Shown here in pieces: positions 41,901 to 56,018 of a stretch of 64,000 nucleotides of DNA. Source of the stretch: Chrysomallon squamiferum (taxonomy: Eukaryota > Animalia > Mollusca); assembly GCA_012295275.1 (NCBI GenBank), contig CM022666.1, forward strand, positions 62,001-126,000, written 5' to 3'. The notes beneath the pieces are model-generated. The model worked only from the letters and a program-made list of their open reading frames with translations. It ran no database searches and was not told the origin of the DNA. The position numbers were made by a program, and so were the translations under genes. Position 1 is the stretch's first letter; the number at the start of each line of letters is the position of its first letter.

Positions 41901-44900
41901 GGTGTTGCAGTAAGCCTTGTTTATGACTCATAGGTTTGCAGTAAGCCTTGTTTGTGACTCATAGGTTTGCAGTAAGCCTTGTTTGTGACTCATAGGTGCT
42001 ACTGTATTGTTATTCATAGGTTTTATAGAAAGTATTGTCAATTACTTGTGGGTTTTTGACTTTAAAACATAACTCCTAATCTATAATTTCAAATGCAAGC
42101 CTTTTTTTTAACCTCCAGCAGTTACCTGAACCATTCATCAGCCTGCTCTGTGTGTTTTATTTACTGTTATTAATTATTACACTTATACTCTTTGCTGTTG
42201 TTTCAAAATATTGTTACTGCTATTTCTCCTCAGGTGAACTGGCACATGGACATAATAAATCTTATTTTGAATCACGGAGGGGATGTCAACAAGGTGAACA
42301 ACGAGGGTTCCTCAGCACTGTCTGCAGGCATCATCTTCTTCTTTCCTAGTGACTGCTTTCGTTTCAACATTGCTGAGCAGTACTTGAAAAGGAACAAGAA
42401 CAGACGAAAGGTGATGAAAGAAGGAGACCATCCTAAAGGAATTTTAACAAACAAGCAGCCATATAGCCAAGAGAGACGGAAAGTCTTCTCAACATGGCGA
42501 AACAGCAGAGCGAGAACACGCAGATTGTCAGCATAGACAGCTTGGACAGCGGCGTTCGCAATGTCGAAGGTTACATCACAGAGACGTCTCAGCTGACCAT
42601 CAAGGAGTCAGAGTTTGAGAGGCAGAAAGAGGAGCTTGATGTTTTGAGTGACAGAGAACAGCAGGACTCTGCGATTGACAGTGATGTTGAAAAAGACATT
42701 GACGATGATCTCATGAATCAGATGCCTGAGGATTTTGAGTCAAACAAGAGAGTTTACGACTACAAGATTCAAGTTCCTGACCACCTGCTGGAGAGGTGTG
42801 CCACTCAGCTCAGCACCAACGAAAGAGTCGTCAGTCAACATTCTAACAAAAATGGCGCCGGCCTTGGAACTGCTCGCCTCCTGGCAATTCAGATGTCTAT
42901 GTGAGTTTTCTGTTTTTATAAGTGTGTGTGTACATACATACATACATACACACATACACACTTATATATATATATATATATATATATATGTCAGTTATGA
43001 TGATTGATTTTGATAATGATTATTATAGCAGGTTTGTATCTTTCTAAAATCAGAATGAAATTAGATTGAACATTCTGTCATTTATACAATCATTTAATGT
43101 AATAATTTATTTTTATTTATTTCATTGGTTTTATTTAATTTATATTTTTATTGCAATTATTTGATTATTTTATTCTTAAAATTATTTTTGTGTTATTGTT
43201 TTTTATTTATTTATTTACTATTTTAATGTTACATTCATTTTCTTATTTTCTTATTATTTATTTATATTGATATTTTATTACATTTTTAATTTTATATTAT
43301 TATTTGTTCTTAATTATTATTTTTTTTAATTTAGTTATTTATTTATATGTTAATCTATTTATCCTTCATGTATTTATTTATTTTTATGTTTTTATATTTT
43401 ACTCTTATTTCTAATTTTAATACAGTCAGGAGCAGATGAAGAAAACACTTGACTTGTTGTTACGACGTGGAGCCGATCCCAACGCCTCCAGCGTGCCGAT
43501 GCCAGTCTTGTTCTTTGCCATCAAAGCTGCTGATGTGGAGATGGTGAAGACGCTGCTGGTGAAGGGAGCATCAACCAATACTCGCCTGCCAAAAGAGGTA
43601 AGAAATAGTGTTCTGTAGTGTCAGATTTAACTGTACAAGGACACACTGCCTCTAAATGCAGCTGTAGTTGTATGTAAGTGGAGGTCTTATAATTTCCATA
43701 ATAGTTTAACCTGAGAACTGATCAGCCCTGATCTGTGCTTCCTTAGAGATTTAGCCCGTTCCAACCAGCTATACACATTGAAGACTATATAGAAGTTTTT
43801 CTAATTTTAATAAACTTGTTATGAGTAAAAGTACCCAATTATTTTAATTTTATTTTATTATTATTACTAGTAATACTAAAAGTAGTAATAGTAGCAGCAG
43901 CTGCAGTAGTAGTAGTAGAAGCAATAACAGTAATAGTATCAGTTATATACTGGCTTGCTTTTTATGTTTTTCTCGGGGAGATAGGGAGAATAGGAGGTAT
44001 CATTTGACAATATAATTTTACTGAAATATTTCATTAAAATAAAAACTAAAGAATTTTCTCTGTGCAGGTTTCCTCTCTAATAATGTTCTGTTTTACAGCA
44101 AGGTGGACTCACTCCTCTCCACATCGCCTGTGCTGTCCCCGGGGATGAGGGTGTGCAGATGACGAAGTTGTTGCTAGACGCTCTCGCTGACCCAGACGCT
44201 CGCGCTGAGCAGGACAAATCTTTTCTTAACCGTACACTAGTAAGTGAGCAAGACAAATCTTTTCTTAACTGTACACTAGTAAGTGAGCAAGACAAATCTT
44301 TTCTTAACTGTACACTAGTAAGTCAGCAAATCTTTTCTTAACTGTACACTAGTAAGTGAGCAAATCTTTTCTTAACTGTACACTAGTAAGTGAGCAAATC
44401 TTTTCTTAACTGTACACTAGTAAAAGTGAGCAAATCTTTTCTTAACTGTACACTAGTAAGTGAGCAAATCTTTTCTTAAATGTACACTAGTAAGTGAGCA
44501 AGACAAATCTTTTCTCAACTGTACACTAGTAAGTGAGCAAGACAAATTTTTCTCAACTGTACACTAGTAAGTGAGCAAGACAAATCTTTTCTCAATTGTA
44601 CACTAGTAAGTGAGCAAATCTTTTCTCAATTGTACACTAGTAAGTGAGCAAGACAAATCTTTTCTTAACTGTACATTAGTAAGTGAGCAAGACAAATCTT
44701 TTCTCAACTGTACACTAGTAAGTGAGCAAGATAAATCTTTCTTAAGCAAGTCAAATTTCAAATCACCAAAAGTCTTGGCACCACATACGGACAACAAAAT
44801 GGAACATTTGTTTCAGCATCGTCTACATCATTTGCCAGCAGATACTGTTCCAAATGTTCAATGTATTCATCCCAATCGGGATTTTCTAGATCAAACTCTT

Positions 44901-45867
44901 CAACTTTACCGTAGGTAGCCATATTTCATAAACAGTTAATTTCAGGAAACAGTTCAACAGGTGTTATCCCATCCTCGTCACCAACTGTTATGTTTTATCA
45001 TTAAAACATAAAGTTCATTTCAGTTTCCAAACATTTATTTTGTTTCAAAATGGCTACATACAAAAACTAATGCACACTCCCGGTGACATCATATAATTAT
45101 ATCTCTCTTGTTCCGGTTCCCCTAAACATTGTAAACTAACAATGTTAACCAAAACACCATTTAGATACAACAATTATCTGTAAAACATTCTTCTCTGTAC
45201 TGTAATCCTACAATTTATGAGAATAAAAACATTGTCATTATTAAAACTGTCGCTTACTGAAGTCCTTTGTGTTATTTTAACACTGGTGCTGTTTGATTTA
45301 AGGAGGAAGAGTGGAGCAAAGATGTGATACCAGAAGAAAGTTTAGCTCTTCTCGGAGGCCGAACTCCACTGCAAATTGCTTGCTCCAGAGACGACAACTA
45401 TAAGGTACCAGTTTTATTACATCTTATTTAAAATTTGTGTGTGTGTGTGTAAGAAAAAATATATATATATCTTTTGTTAACTGTATATTTGATCATTCAC
45501 TGTTTCAAATTTTTGTGAAATTAAGTGATAATTTCTAAATATTAATTAGTCAAGAAGGAAATAGTCTGTTTTACATTTCAGTTTTTAATCAAGTGATTTT
45601 TAGTAGTTTATTATTATTGTTGCTACTACTACTACTACTTCTACTACTATTACTACCACTTTTATTATTATTATTACTACTATTACAACAACTATTACCA
45701 CTTACACTTCTATTATTATTATTATTATTATTTATTTATTTATATATGTGTATGTGTATGCATATATATATGTATGTATGTATGTATGTGTATTTGTGTT
45801 TGTGTATTTACTTACTTAATTACTTCCTTACTCTATTTATTCATTTATATTTATTTATATATGTATT

Positions 45868-45898
<31 letters not shown>

Positions 45899-46320
45899 TT
45901 ATTTATATATTTATTTATTTATGTACCTGTTTTGCAGCAAGCTAGTCAGATTGTGCACTTGCTGCTAGAACACAAGGCAAACCCAGACTTGCTGTGTAAT
46001 GGATTCTCAGCTCTGGCCCTTGCCATCGCCAGTGGAAACGATCTGGTCAGTTGTTTTCTAAATTCAAACACACCACTTACAAACATGCACACATCAACAT
46101 TTAATACATGAATCTTTAACAGGCTGAATGTTGTTACTATTTTTTATTTTATTTATTACTCACTTTTACCTTTTTAATACTGTTCTTTTCATTGTTTTAT
46201 CATCTAATTAAAATACAAAGTGTATAAATCTGTGACTATATGCTGTATATCTTTTCTTTTGGATATAGTCTGTCTTTCTGTCTCTCTTCTGTAGTCTCCA
46301 CTGTAATTTTCTTCTGTTAT

Positions 46321-46367
<47 letters not shown>

Positions 46368-49300
46368 GAAATTTAAACACTAACATGTAAACTATCTTTT
46401 CAAGGCCATAGAGGAACTGCTGTTGTATGATGCAGACCCAAGTCTTAAACTAACACACGGTGTAGGTACTGCATTGTGTGCTGCCACCAACACAGAGTAT
46501 GAACATCGGCGCAACATCAACCAGCGACTGCAGTTGGTGAGTAACATTCTGTGTCTTAATACTCATACATTTGTTAATCTTCATATACACATACATTTGT
46601 TAATCTTCATATACACATACATTTGTTAATCTTCATACACACATACATTTGTTAATCTCCAAAGAAACATACATTTGTTAATCTTCATACACACATACAT
46701 TTGTTAATCTTCATAGACACATACATTTGTTAATCTCCAAAGAAACATACATTTATTAATCTTTATAGACACATACATTTATTAATCTTCATACACACAT
46801 ACATTTGTTAATCTTCATACACACATACATTTGTTAATCTTCATACACACATACATTTGTTAATCTTCATACACACATACATTTACACAGAGGTATGGGA
46901 AAACTATCTATATATAGTTCCATATCACAAACACACACACACAAACACACCCACACACACACACACGCAGAAACTAACAAAATGAGGACAAATATATTAT
47001 ACAAGCAGAAATGTGTTAAAACCTTAAAGACAGACATACATAGATAAATATGCTCACAGTGTAGGTGTGTGTGTTTTCAGATTGACAGGCTGATACGGGC
47101 AGGTGCTGATATTCTGGCCTTTGTCCCTATTGGAATTAAGAGAGTCCTGGGCACAGCAGTTGACTATGCCTATTACATGTTTAATCAGGTGAGACTCAGC
47201 CTGTTCGGACATTTCAATGTGTCACAATTATAATTATTATAATAATAAAGTAAAACAAAATGAAATCTGTTTCTAAGATTGTTGAGATTTTCACTGCATG
47301 TTTGGAGCAGGTCACATAAAGTGTTATCTGCTATGTTTTCACAATGATTTACATGTTTTATTTTTATCTTCTTGTTTTTGTTCTTCTTTTTTTTTCATTA
47401 ATATGTTAAAAAATTGTTTTTTTTACAACATTCCTTCATTTAAAACTTCACATATGACTCACCAGTACTTTCACCAGTATAACTGTCTTGTGTTTTTTAA
47501 TTTATCTTTTTTCAAAATTTATTATTATTTTTATTATCATCACCATCGTCATCTTTATTGCTTATTTTTATTTGTAAACTTTTTAATTCAATACCTTTCT
47601 TACTATTTGATTATAGCTTTTTTTTTTTGGTATTTATAACCATTTTTTATGCCATCATTTTATTTGTTTTATTTTGTTGTTTATTTTGTTGTTTATTTAT
47701 CACACACGTCACAGGATCGTCGCATTGCTCACATGCCCTACCACGCACTCACGCACAGTGAGCGAGATACGTACAATGCACGACGCAAACTTCTCGAACA
47801 TGTCGGTGCCATTCTCAGGATGAAAGCCGTCGCACGTGAACGAAAACGCCTCCAGGAAGAGTCTCTGCTTGGACGGAGAAGTAGGTCAATTTTATATAAT
47901 TTTACACAGACAGACAGACAGACTGACCTGTAGATACATAGATAGATAGTTAGTTACTTAGATAAAGAGATAGATATGACATGACCAGATTCAATAAAAG
48001 GTCATTGACAATGACCAGAGCTTCATAAGTAATAATATTTTTATCATTTTGAGGTGGGTTTTTTCATATTGTTGTTCTTTTACGATCATTTTACCAATAA
48101 AAAAAAGGAAATGATGATTAATTATCTTAATTTATTTTCATATTTTTATTGAAAATGTGTTTTTTTATGTAAAATTGTTATATATGCACACACAAACACG
48201 CTTATTTGAATCCCACCTGATTCATCATAATTCAGTAAAACTTCTTCATTTTACAACTCTATTTTATTTTACTTTTTTCATTTCTAAATAACTAAATTAT
48301 AAATATGTCTAAAATGCTGCATTATGTATCTTTTAGGGATTGCATTGAATTCTGAATAATAAATTTAGTTTATTATTCTTTTTATAATGTTATATTTGTA
48401 ATTTATTGTGTTCTATTCTCTTTTATGTAGTGTTGTGTTTTATCATTTGTTGCTTTCTACAGTGTTCTATTGTATTTTGTGTATTTTCTGTGATATTATA
48501 TTGTAACTATATATTGTAAAATGTTATATTTGTTTTATTTTTGTGTGGTATAGTGGGGGGGTTATTTTGTGTTTATATAGTAATGTTGAGTGGGATTTTA
48601 TAACATATAATTGTAAGTTATGTTAGTTAATTGTGTATATTTCTATCAGAAAATTGTAAATGATGCTGTTGTCTGTGCTGTTGCAGGTGCTAGTCCTAGT
48701 TCTGTTAGTTATGTTAGTTAATTGTGTATATTTCTATCAGAAAACTGTAAATGATGCTGTTGTCTGTGCTGTTGCAGGTGCTAGTCCTAGTTCTGAATTT
48801 GTGTACATTGGGGCAGGAGCCCCTGTCCCTCCAGGAAAATCCAGGTCAAAGCAGACAATGAAGTCAAGTCAGGTGACCTTTGACTCTGTGTCAGAGACCA
48901 AGAGTACATCAGACAGTGACATCAGGTAACAGCATGTCAATACACTCTAATAATAAGTACAGTTCATAATCAAAACTGAAAACAGGTCTGAAAGTACATT
49001 TTATAATTAATTAAAACTGAAAGTATTTCATAATTAATTAAAATGAAAGTATTTCATAATTAATTAAAATGAAAGTATTTCATAATTAATTCAAACTAAA
49101 TGTGCACAATGATTAATTAAAACCAGCAGTTTAATCAAGAATAATTAATTCATGAAGCCTCTAATAAAGATGGATGTAGAAATAACACAGAGAGTGTGCA
49201 ATTCCTTCCTGTTTCTGAAACCATTTACTAACAGATCACAGATTGAATACATATCAATTTCATCTTTCACATAACAAGAAAAAATGACTGACCATGTAGC

Positions 49301-50256
49301 CACCATACAAATGAAAAGAGCCATAATGTAGAAAATTTTGCAATAATTTCATTAAAATAAGAGAATTAAATGTTTTTTCATTTTTGTCATTTTCTTTTCA
49401 CTGATTGCATGGTGATTGTTTGTACTTGAATGATACAATTAATGTTTCATTCAATCTGATAGGTATGTTGTTTTTCATGAAAAAACAAAACAATAGCTGT
49501 TTCTTAATTATGGCCTAAAATATGCCCATTACTGTAATTCAATCACAGAAATATTAATAAAAATATTATTTTTTGTTGGAAGAGAAAGTAGTTCATAATA
49601 TGCTGACATACATACATACATACATACACACACACATACATACATACATACATATATGCACATATGTACAGTTTTACAAAACACAGATAACATACATAAT
49701 GTTATAATGTATGTGTCATACAAACACACACATGCACATGTGTACAGACTCGTGGTTTTACAAAACACAGATAACATACCTAATGTTATCATGTATGTGT
49801 CATACTAACAGTCATGTACTGCATTCTCTGTCTAATAATGTAAACATTTTCAACCAGACACGATGGAGTGAAAACTATCTTTCTGCCAGAAGTCAGCCAT
49901 ATTAAAATTAGATATTGTCGAAACAAAGACACTGCACGTTTTCCTGTCAGGTTTGATTGGCTTAGTAACATTTTCTAGTAGAAACTAGATGGACTAGATG
50001 CAGTAGTAGTTCACTATTTTAGGCTACTAGTTTTTGTAGAGGGGACTAGCTACTTACTAGTATGTGAAGAATTAGTAACTTATATGACTTAGATGCTGAT
50101 TATACTTCTTTTTTCTTTTTTCTAAATATCCTTAACAGTGTGGTTAAAAAATTCAGATCTCAATTTAATGGTAAATATTCTGTTACCATGACAACTAGAA
50201 AATATTTTGGAAGTAAATAACTATGTGAATTTGAATTTTAACATTTTAGCCTTACA

Positions 50257-50293
<37 letters not shown>

Positions 50294-53200
50294 TAATAAT
50301 AATAATAATTACATTAACAGGAACGTTAAACAAACTGACTTTTTTAATCACCTGTTTTAGTTTTAAACATAGCTGCTATAGTTACTAATACTTTTGAATA
50401 CATCATATGCTATATTTTACATTTTATTTGCAGAACTTACCATGTCAACTAAAATTTTTAGATAATGTTGTTAATAAGTAGAAAGATTTTTAATTATTTT
50501 GCTTGCTTTATAGAAATAATCTGAACATAGACAGTGTAGAGCTTTTATTTATTTTTGAAAATAAGTATGTAAAGTGTACACTGCTAGTAGGTATTTGTGA
50601 GGCTAGTAAACTTCCATGTTACTGTTTTATTTTAATGTAACCAATCTTTACTACTAATTAAATTTAACAATAAATGTACAAGCTCATATTTATTTATTTA
50701 TTTATTATTCAGTGTTTGAAATTTGTTCGTTTGTTACCATAACTTATTGTTAGTAAAGTGTTCAAAATATAAAAATAAATTAAAGAAGATATTTCACAGT
50801 CCTTTTCTTAACTTTATTATTTTATTATATTCTTCAATCATAATTTTAATGCAGTATTTTCCCGTTTATCTAACCTGTTTTAGAAGTTATAGGAAAGACA
50901 GCTGCTATTTTGTTTGACTTACTTTATATGATCTCATTTTTATCTTTTTTCTAACTAAAAAAAGTAGCATAATTTTGATAAAAAAAAAAAGTAAATAAGA
51001 TATAAACAAAAAACAGACAAAAATCTCTGCACTGGTGTTAAACATTACAATTTTGTCTAGATTTATCATGATGACTTTCAGACATTTATTTTACTGTAAT
51101 TATTACTAAATGTTAATACAAAATTCACTAATTTAATCCAATTTAGATTTTTGAATTAACTATTAATATGTTGACATCATATTGCAGAAGTTAATTTTAA
51201 ACCATTTTTTTTGTAAATTTTAATTATAAAAAACCTATTTGTGAATAATAAAAACAATGTGTTTGTAAATAATTACTAGTACATGTTTGTAAATATTAAT
51301 TATAAACACAATATGTTTGTAAATGTGAATTACAAATAAATGTTTGTAAGTATCAGTTACAAAAATATAAATTGTGAATATTAATTATTACTATATGTTA
51401 TTAATATTCATTAGATTAATATGTTTATACTGATTATAACAAAGGAAGGAAAACCTGAATGTAAATTAAGGATGAGTTAGATGTAGTACCTGATTTCATT
51501 CTTCAGTAACCACCCAAACTCACAGCAACAACCTGCAAAACTAAATCAAAAATAAATAAAGTACAAAAATTAATAATCTGCACAACAGTTATTAATAACA
51601 TGACTTCTAAGAAAGAATCTGAAAGCCAAGAAAGCAGAAACTGGGCCTTCTTGTCACTCATTACACTATTTACATGAGTAGGGTGCATTTCTTTGGTTAG
51701 TACACAGCTAGTGATAAGTTACACAGCAAAATCTGTCCAGCTTGGTTTTCTCATTACACTATTTCCTGTTCTAACTAACTCTGTAACTCCTTCTTTGAAA
51801 AGCTATCATCTGTGCTTCCATTCTGTGGTATTTATGAAGAGCAGACCATTAAAAACAGACAACAGCATAATCACCATTCAAGGTGGGAAAATATACACTT
51901 GATACCACTTAACCTTTAATATTGGAAGTTCCCAGATTGCTCTAGTGAAGTTAAAATATTTGTGTTAAATTAATATTTTCTTTTTATCACTGTCGACAGG
52001 AAGCCGTTGTTCAAGTATTGTTATGAATGTGGACGATCCATTTTTGTCCGTTTGTCCCCGTGTACACGATGTAAAGAAGTGTATTACTGCAGTAAGACGT
52101 GTAAACTGAAGGCTTGGAACACCAGACACAAAGACGAATGTATCAGAGTCGGAGGTGAGTGTTATCTGTGTATTACACATTTTAGTCACAGCCGCTCTGT
52201 GTATTACACATTTTAGTCACAGCTGCTCTTTTTATTACACATTTTAGTCACAGCCGCTCTTTTTATTACTCATTTTAGTCACAGCCACTCTTTTTATTAC
52301 ACATTTTAGTCACAGCCGCTCTTTTTATTACACATTTTAGTCACAGCCACTGTGTATTACACATTTTAGTCACATCCGCTCTGTGTATTACACATTTTAG
52401 TCACAGCTGCTCTGTGTATTACACATTTCAGTCACAGCCACTCTGTGTATTACACATTTTTATCACAGCTGCTCTGTTTATTGCACATTTTAGTCACAGC
52501 CACTCTGTGTATTTCTTAGTTTATACACAGAGGCAAGTACATCCAGTCAAGTTAAAAAAATATATATATATAAAATAACTATTTGTAAGAGTAATCATGC
52601 ACTGTGCATGCAGCACTTTTAGAAAGCTGTGAACAGTATTTTTAGTTTGTTTACATACTTGCATATGTTACATAATTAGGAAGAGAGTTAATACTTAGAG
52701 TGTACTGATAGACAGAAGATAAATGGATGGAGCTGTAGATAGAGGAATAGATATATTTAGACTGACAGACAGATATATAGATGGATAAAAAGACCACAAC
52801 ATTAATAAGTAGACACAGACAGACATGCACACTGATGTAGAGTGGTGGTTTAAAGTAATACTTAAAGATTTTTTTAAATAATTTTTATTTTACAGGAAGA
52901 TCAAAAAGCCCAAGCCCTGCCCGAGGAAACAGCCCCACCCCAACCACAACATTTGACAAAGATCGCAAAATCACAGTCGGAGATTTAAACAAGAAAGATA
53001 AAAGAAATCTGGTAAAGTGTTTGTTTTAAAATATTTAAACTCTGCATTATTATTTATTTCAACATTCTCAATAGTTCTTTTTTCTTTATTTTCTTTTTCT
53101 TTATTATTTTAAGATTGTTTTTTATTATTATTAGTTAAAATAAATACTATTGTTATTATTATTTCTTTCTTTCTGTTTTTAAATATTTTTTATATAAGTG

Positions 53201-53477
53201 AATATTTTGACAGAATGTGTTGTTTTGCCATTTAATTTGTCTATTACAATATGATTGCTGTTTAGTTAATCTTCTTCCACTTAGTAATTGATGAATACAT
53301 ATTTAATTCAGTGAATGTTTTTTAATTTGATTCTCTCTCTCTCTCAGAGAGAGACACAAGTAAGTTTATGTTTTTTCTGAAAGTTCATTTATATTTTATC
53401 TTCATGCAATATGAAAGCAGACAAATACATTCAAAGTGTGATCAGCAATTTCATTAAGTTTGTGTTACCTATTAAAC

Positions 53478-53524
<47 letters not shown>

Positions 53525-55927
53525 GTAATAACAGTAACATATCAGAATTTTGGACAATGCTATATTAATCATTACAAATCATGGTTTTGGAAACTAAATG
53601 AGGCTGTAACTAACAAAGGAGAATAATTCATTAATACAATAATATACAGACACAAACTGACACATGTAGGACATATATATTTAGTATACAAATATGCAGT
53701 CACATATACATAGCATATGTATATATACATACATAGACAGATAGACATGCAAACATATCCACATACGCTTTAGTAAATGTATTGTTAAATAATAAATAAT
53801 AAATCAGTAAAAATAATGAAATAATAACACTAACAATAATCTAGGTAACAAGAATAATTTGGCCAGCATACCATAACATATCTTAAGATGTGTCAAACAG
53901 GTGTTTCTTATGATCATATTTATGTAAATAAATTGGCTGCCTGATTTAATACAAAGCATATCAACCAGTTTATTTGCTAAAGTTTCAGAATTTATTGAAA
54001 ACCTCACTGTTTATCAGATATATTCAGTTTCTGAAACTGATATCAAAATATGTGACAGTTTGAAAAGATTGTGTAATTATACTGTTTGTTTTGTCCTGTT
54101 GTAATTTCAGCACAATAATAACTGATGGAGGTTTCATATCATGACAACATGTATGCATACTATATTATCTCTTGTTTTGTTCTAACATGCACATATTAAA
54201 TCCATTGGATTCCATTGTCATTAGCATAAGAATTCCATTCTTTCCTTTGATTTGTCCCCCTTAACAAATAACTAACACTGAGTTGTCTTCTCTAATCAAT
54301 AATTATCACTGAGTTGCCTACCCTAATAAATAATTTTCACCTAGTTGCATTCAGTAACAAATACTGTTACAAACTTGTCTCCCTTAGCTAATGGCTCTTA
54401 TTGAGTTGCCTATCATAGTTAATAACTCCTACTAAGTTACTTCCCTTAACAAGTGACTAACAGTGAGTTGTTTTCCTTAGCAAGTTGTATAAAAATGTTG
54501 TACCACAGTTTTATGTTGTCTCATGTAATGCAGAGTTTGCTCCCTTATCAATGTAATTGAGTTGTCTCCCATAACAAGTGGTTGTAATATTGAGCAATCT
54601 GCCTTATAAGTAACAATTACTCTGTTTTCTCATTTAAAAGTGACCCCTGAATAGCCTCCCATAACAATTGACAATGAAAGATAATTAATTATCTTTTAAT
54701 GCTTAATATAATAAAGTGTGTCACAATTTAACACTTAAAACTATTTTGTTTCAATTCTAATTATTTCTCTTAATATTATTATTATTATTATTATTTTTAT
54801 TATTCTCCATCTTCCTTTTTATTATTAGTTTGGTATGTGTTGATAATTAGTTTTCATGTTAAATTCATTGCACCATTAAATAACATGATCTATAAAGTCG
54901 GATAGGGATGTGGAAAAAGAATCTAGATAATTTTGTATGCACATGTGACTTTCGAACATCCTTTGCTAATAATAAAGTCATGATAAATGATAAAATCACA
55001 AATTCAATGCAGGTTTATGTAGTAATTTATTTTCTTTTATTATAAAACAAGAAGAAGAACAACAACAACAACAACGACGATAATAAGGATATCAGTAATA
55101 TTAATAATAATAAAATTTTTAAAAAGAAAAAGGCAAATCATTTGTTGTAATTATACAGTCACATGTATGATATATAAGGGCCCAAAAATCCTACATTTAT
55201 TTTATCATTACGTGATATAAATAGGGAACATGTTGTTTACAAAATTTTGACATGTTTAGAATGTTGTAGCCGTCCATGTAAATTTGTGCTGCAGTACTGA
55301 ACAAAATGTCTACTGCATTAGTAAACAGCACAAGACTGTTTTCAAAGTGTGAGAAGTAAATTAGATTATATTTGTCTTTGCTATCCATTAAAATTATTTT
55401 TAAGTAGAGAAGCACATACATTATATACAAATATTTTAAAATATTTCATGATATAACTTTGATTTATTGATTTGATAATTGTTTTTGTTATCATCATTTT
55501 TTTTCTTCTACACAAATTAAAATCCACCTTGAAATAACAAAACACATTGTTGATCTGTCTGTCTGTTTGTCTGTGCACTGTGATTTTTTGTCTGCATCAT
55601 TAAAATGCTGACATGCACAATGCATACATATATATATATATACATATATACACACATACAAACATATACAACATATACAACACATACAACTTTTACACAC
55701 ATCACACATCACACATCACACATACACATACATATACATACAACATACAAACACAGAATATATAGAAACAAATATAAGCCTAAACACAACTATACAAGAA
55801 AATAAAACTAAAAAATGGAACCCACACCAAAACTATATTGTATGATTGTTTCCATATAAAAAGTAAATTTTTAATTTATTAGTATATAATTAATATTACC
55901 CAGACACATGCACAGATACATGCACAC

Positions 55928-55965
<38 letters not shown>

Positions 55966-55966
55966 G

Positions 55967-56018
<52 letters not shown>

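Noticed and set aside
54111-54150. Possible extra ANKMY1 exon after ttgtaatttcag
   Set aside because: The required phase 0 gives a stop after four codons (CAC AAT AAT AAC TGA).
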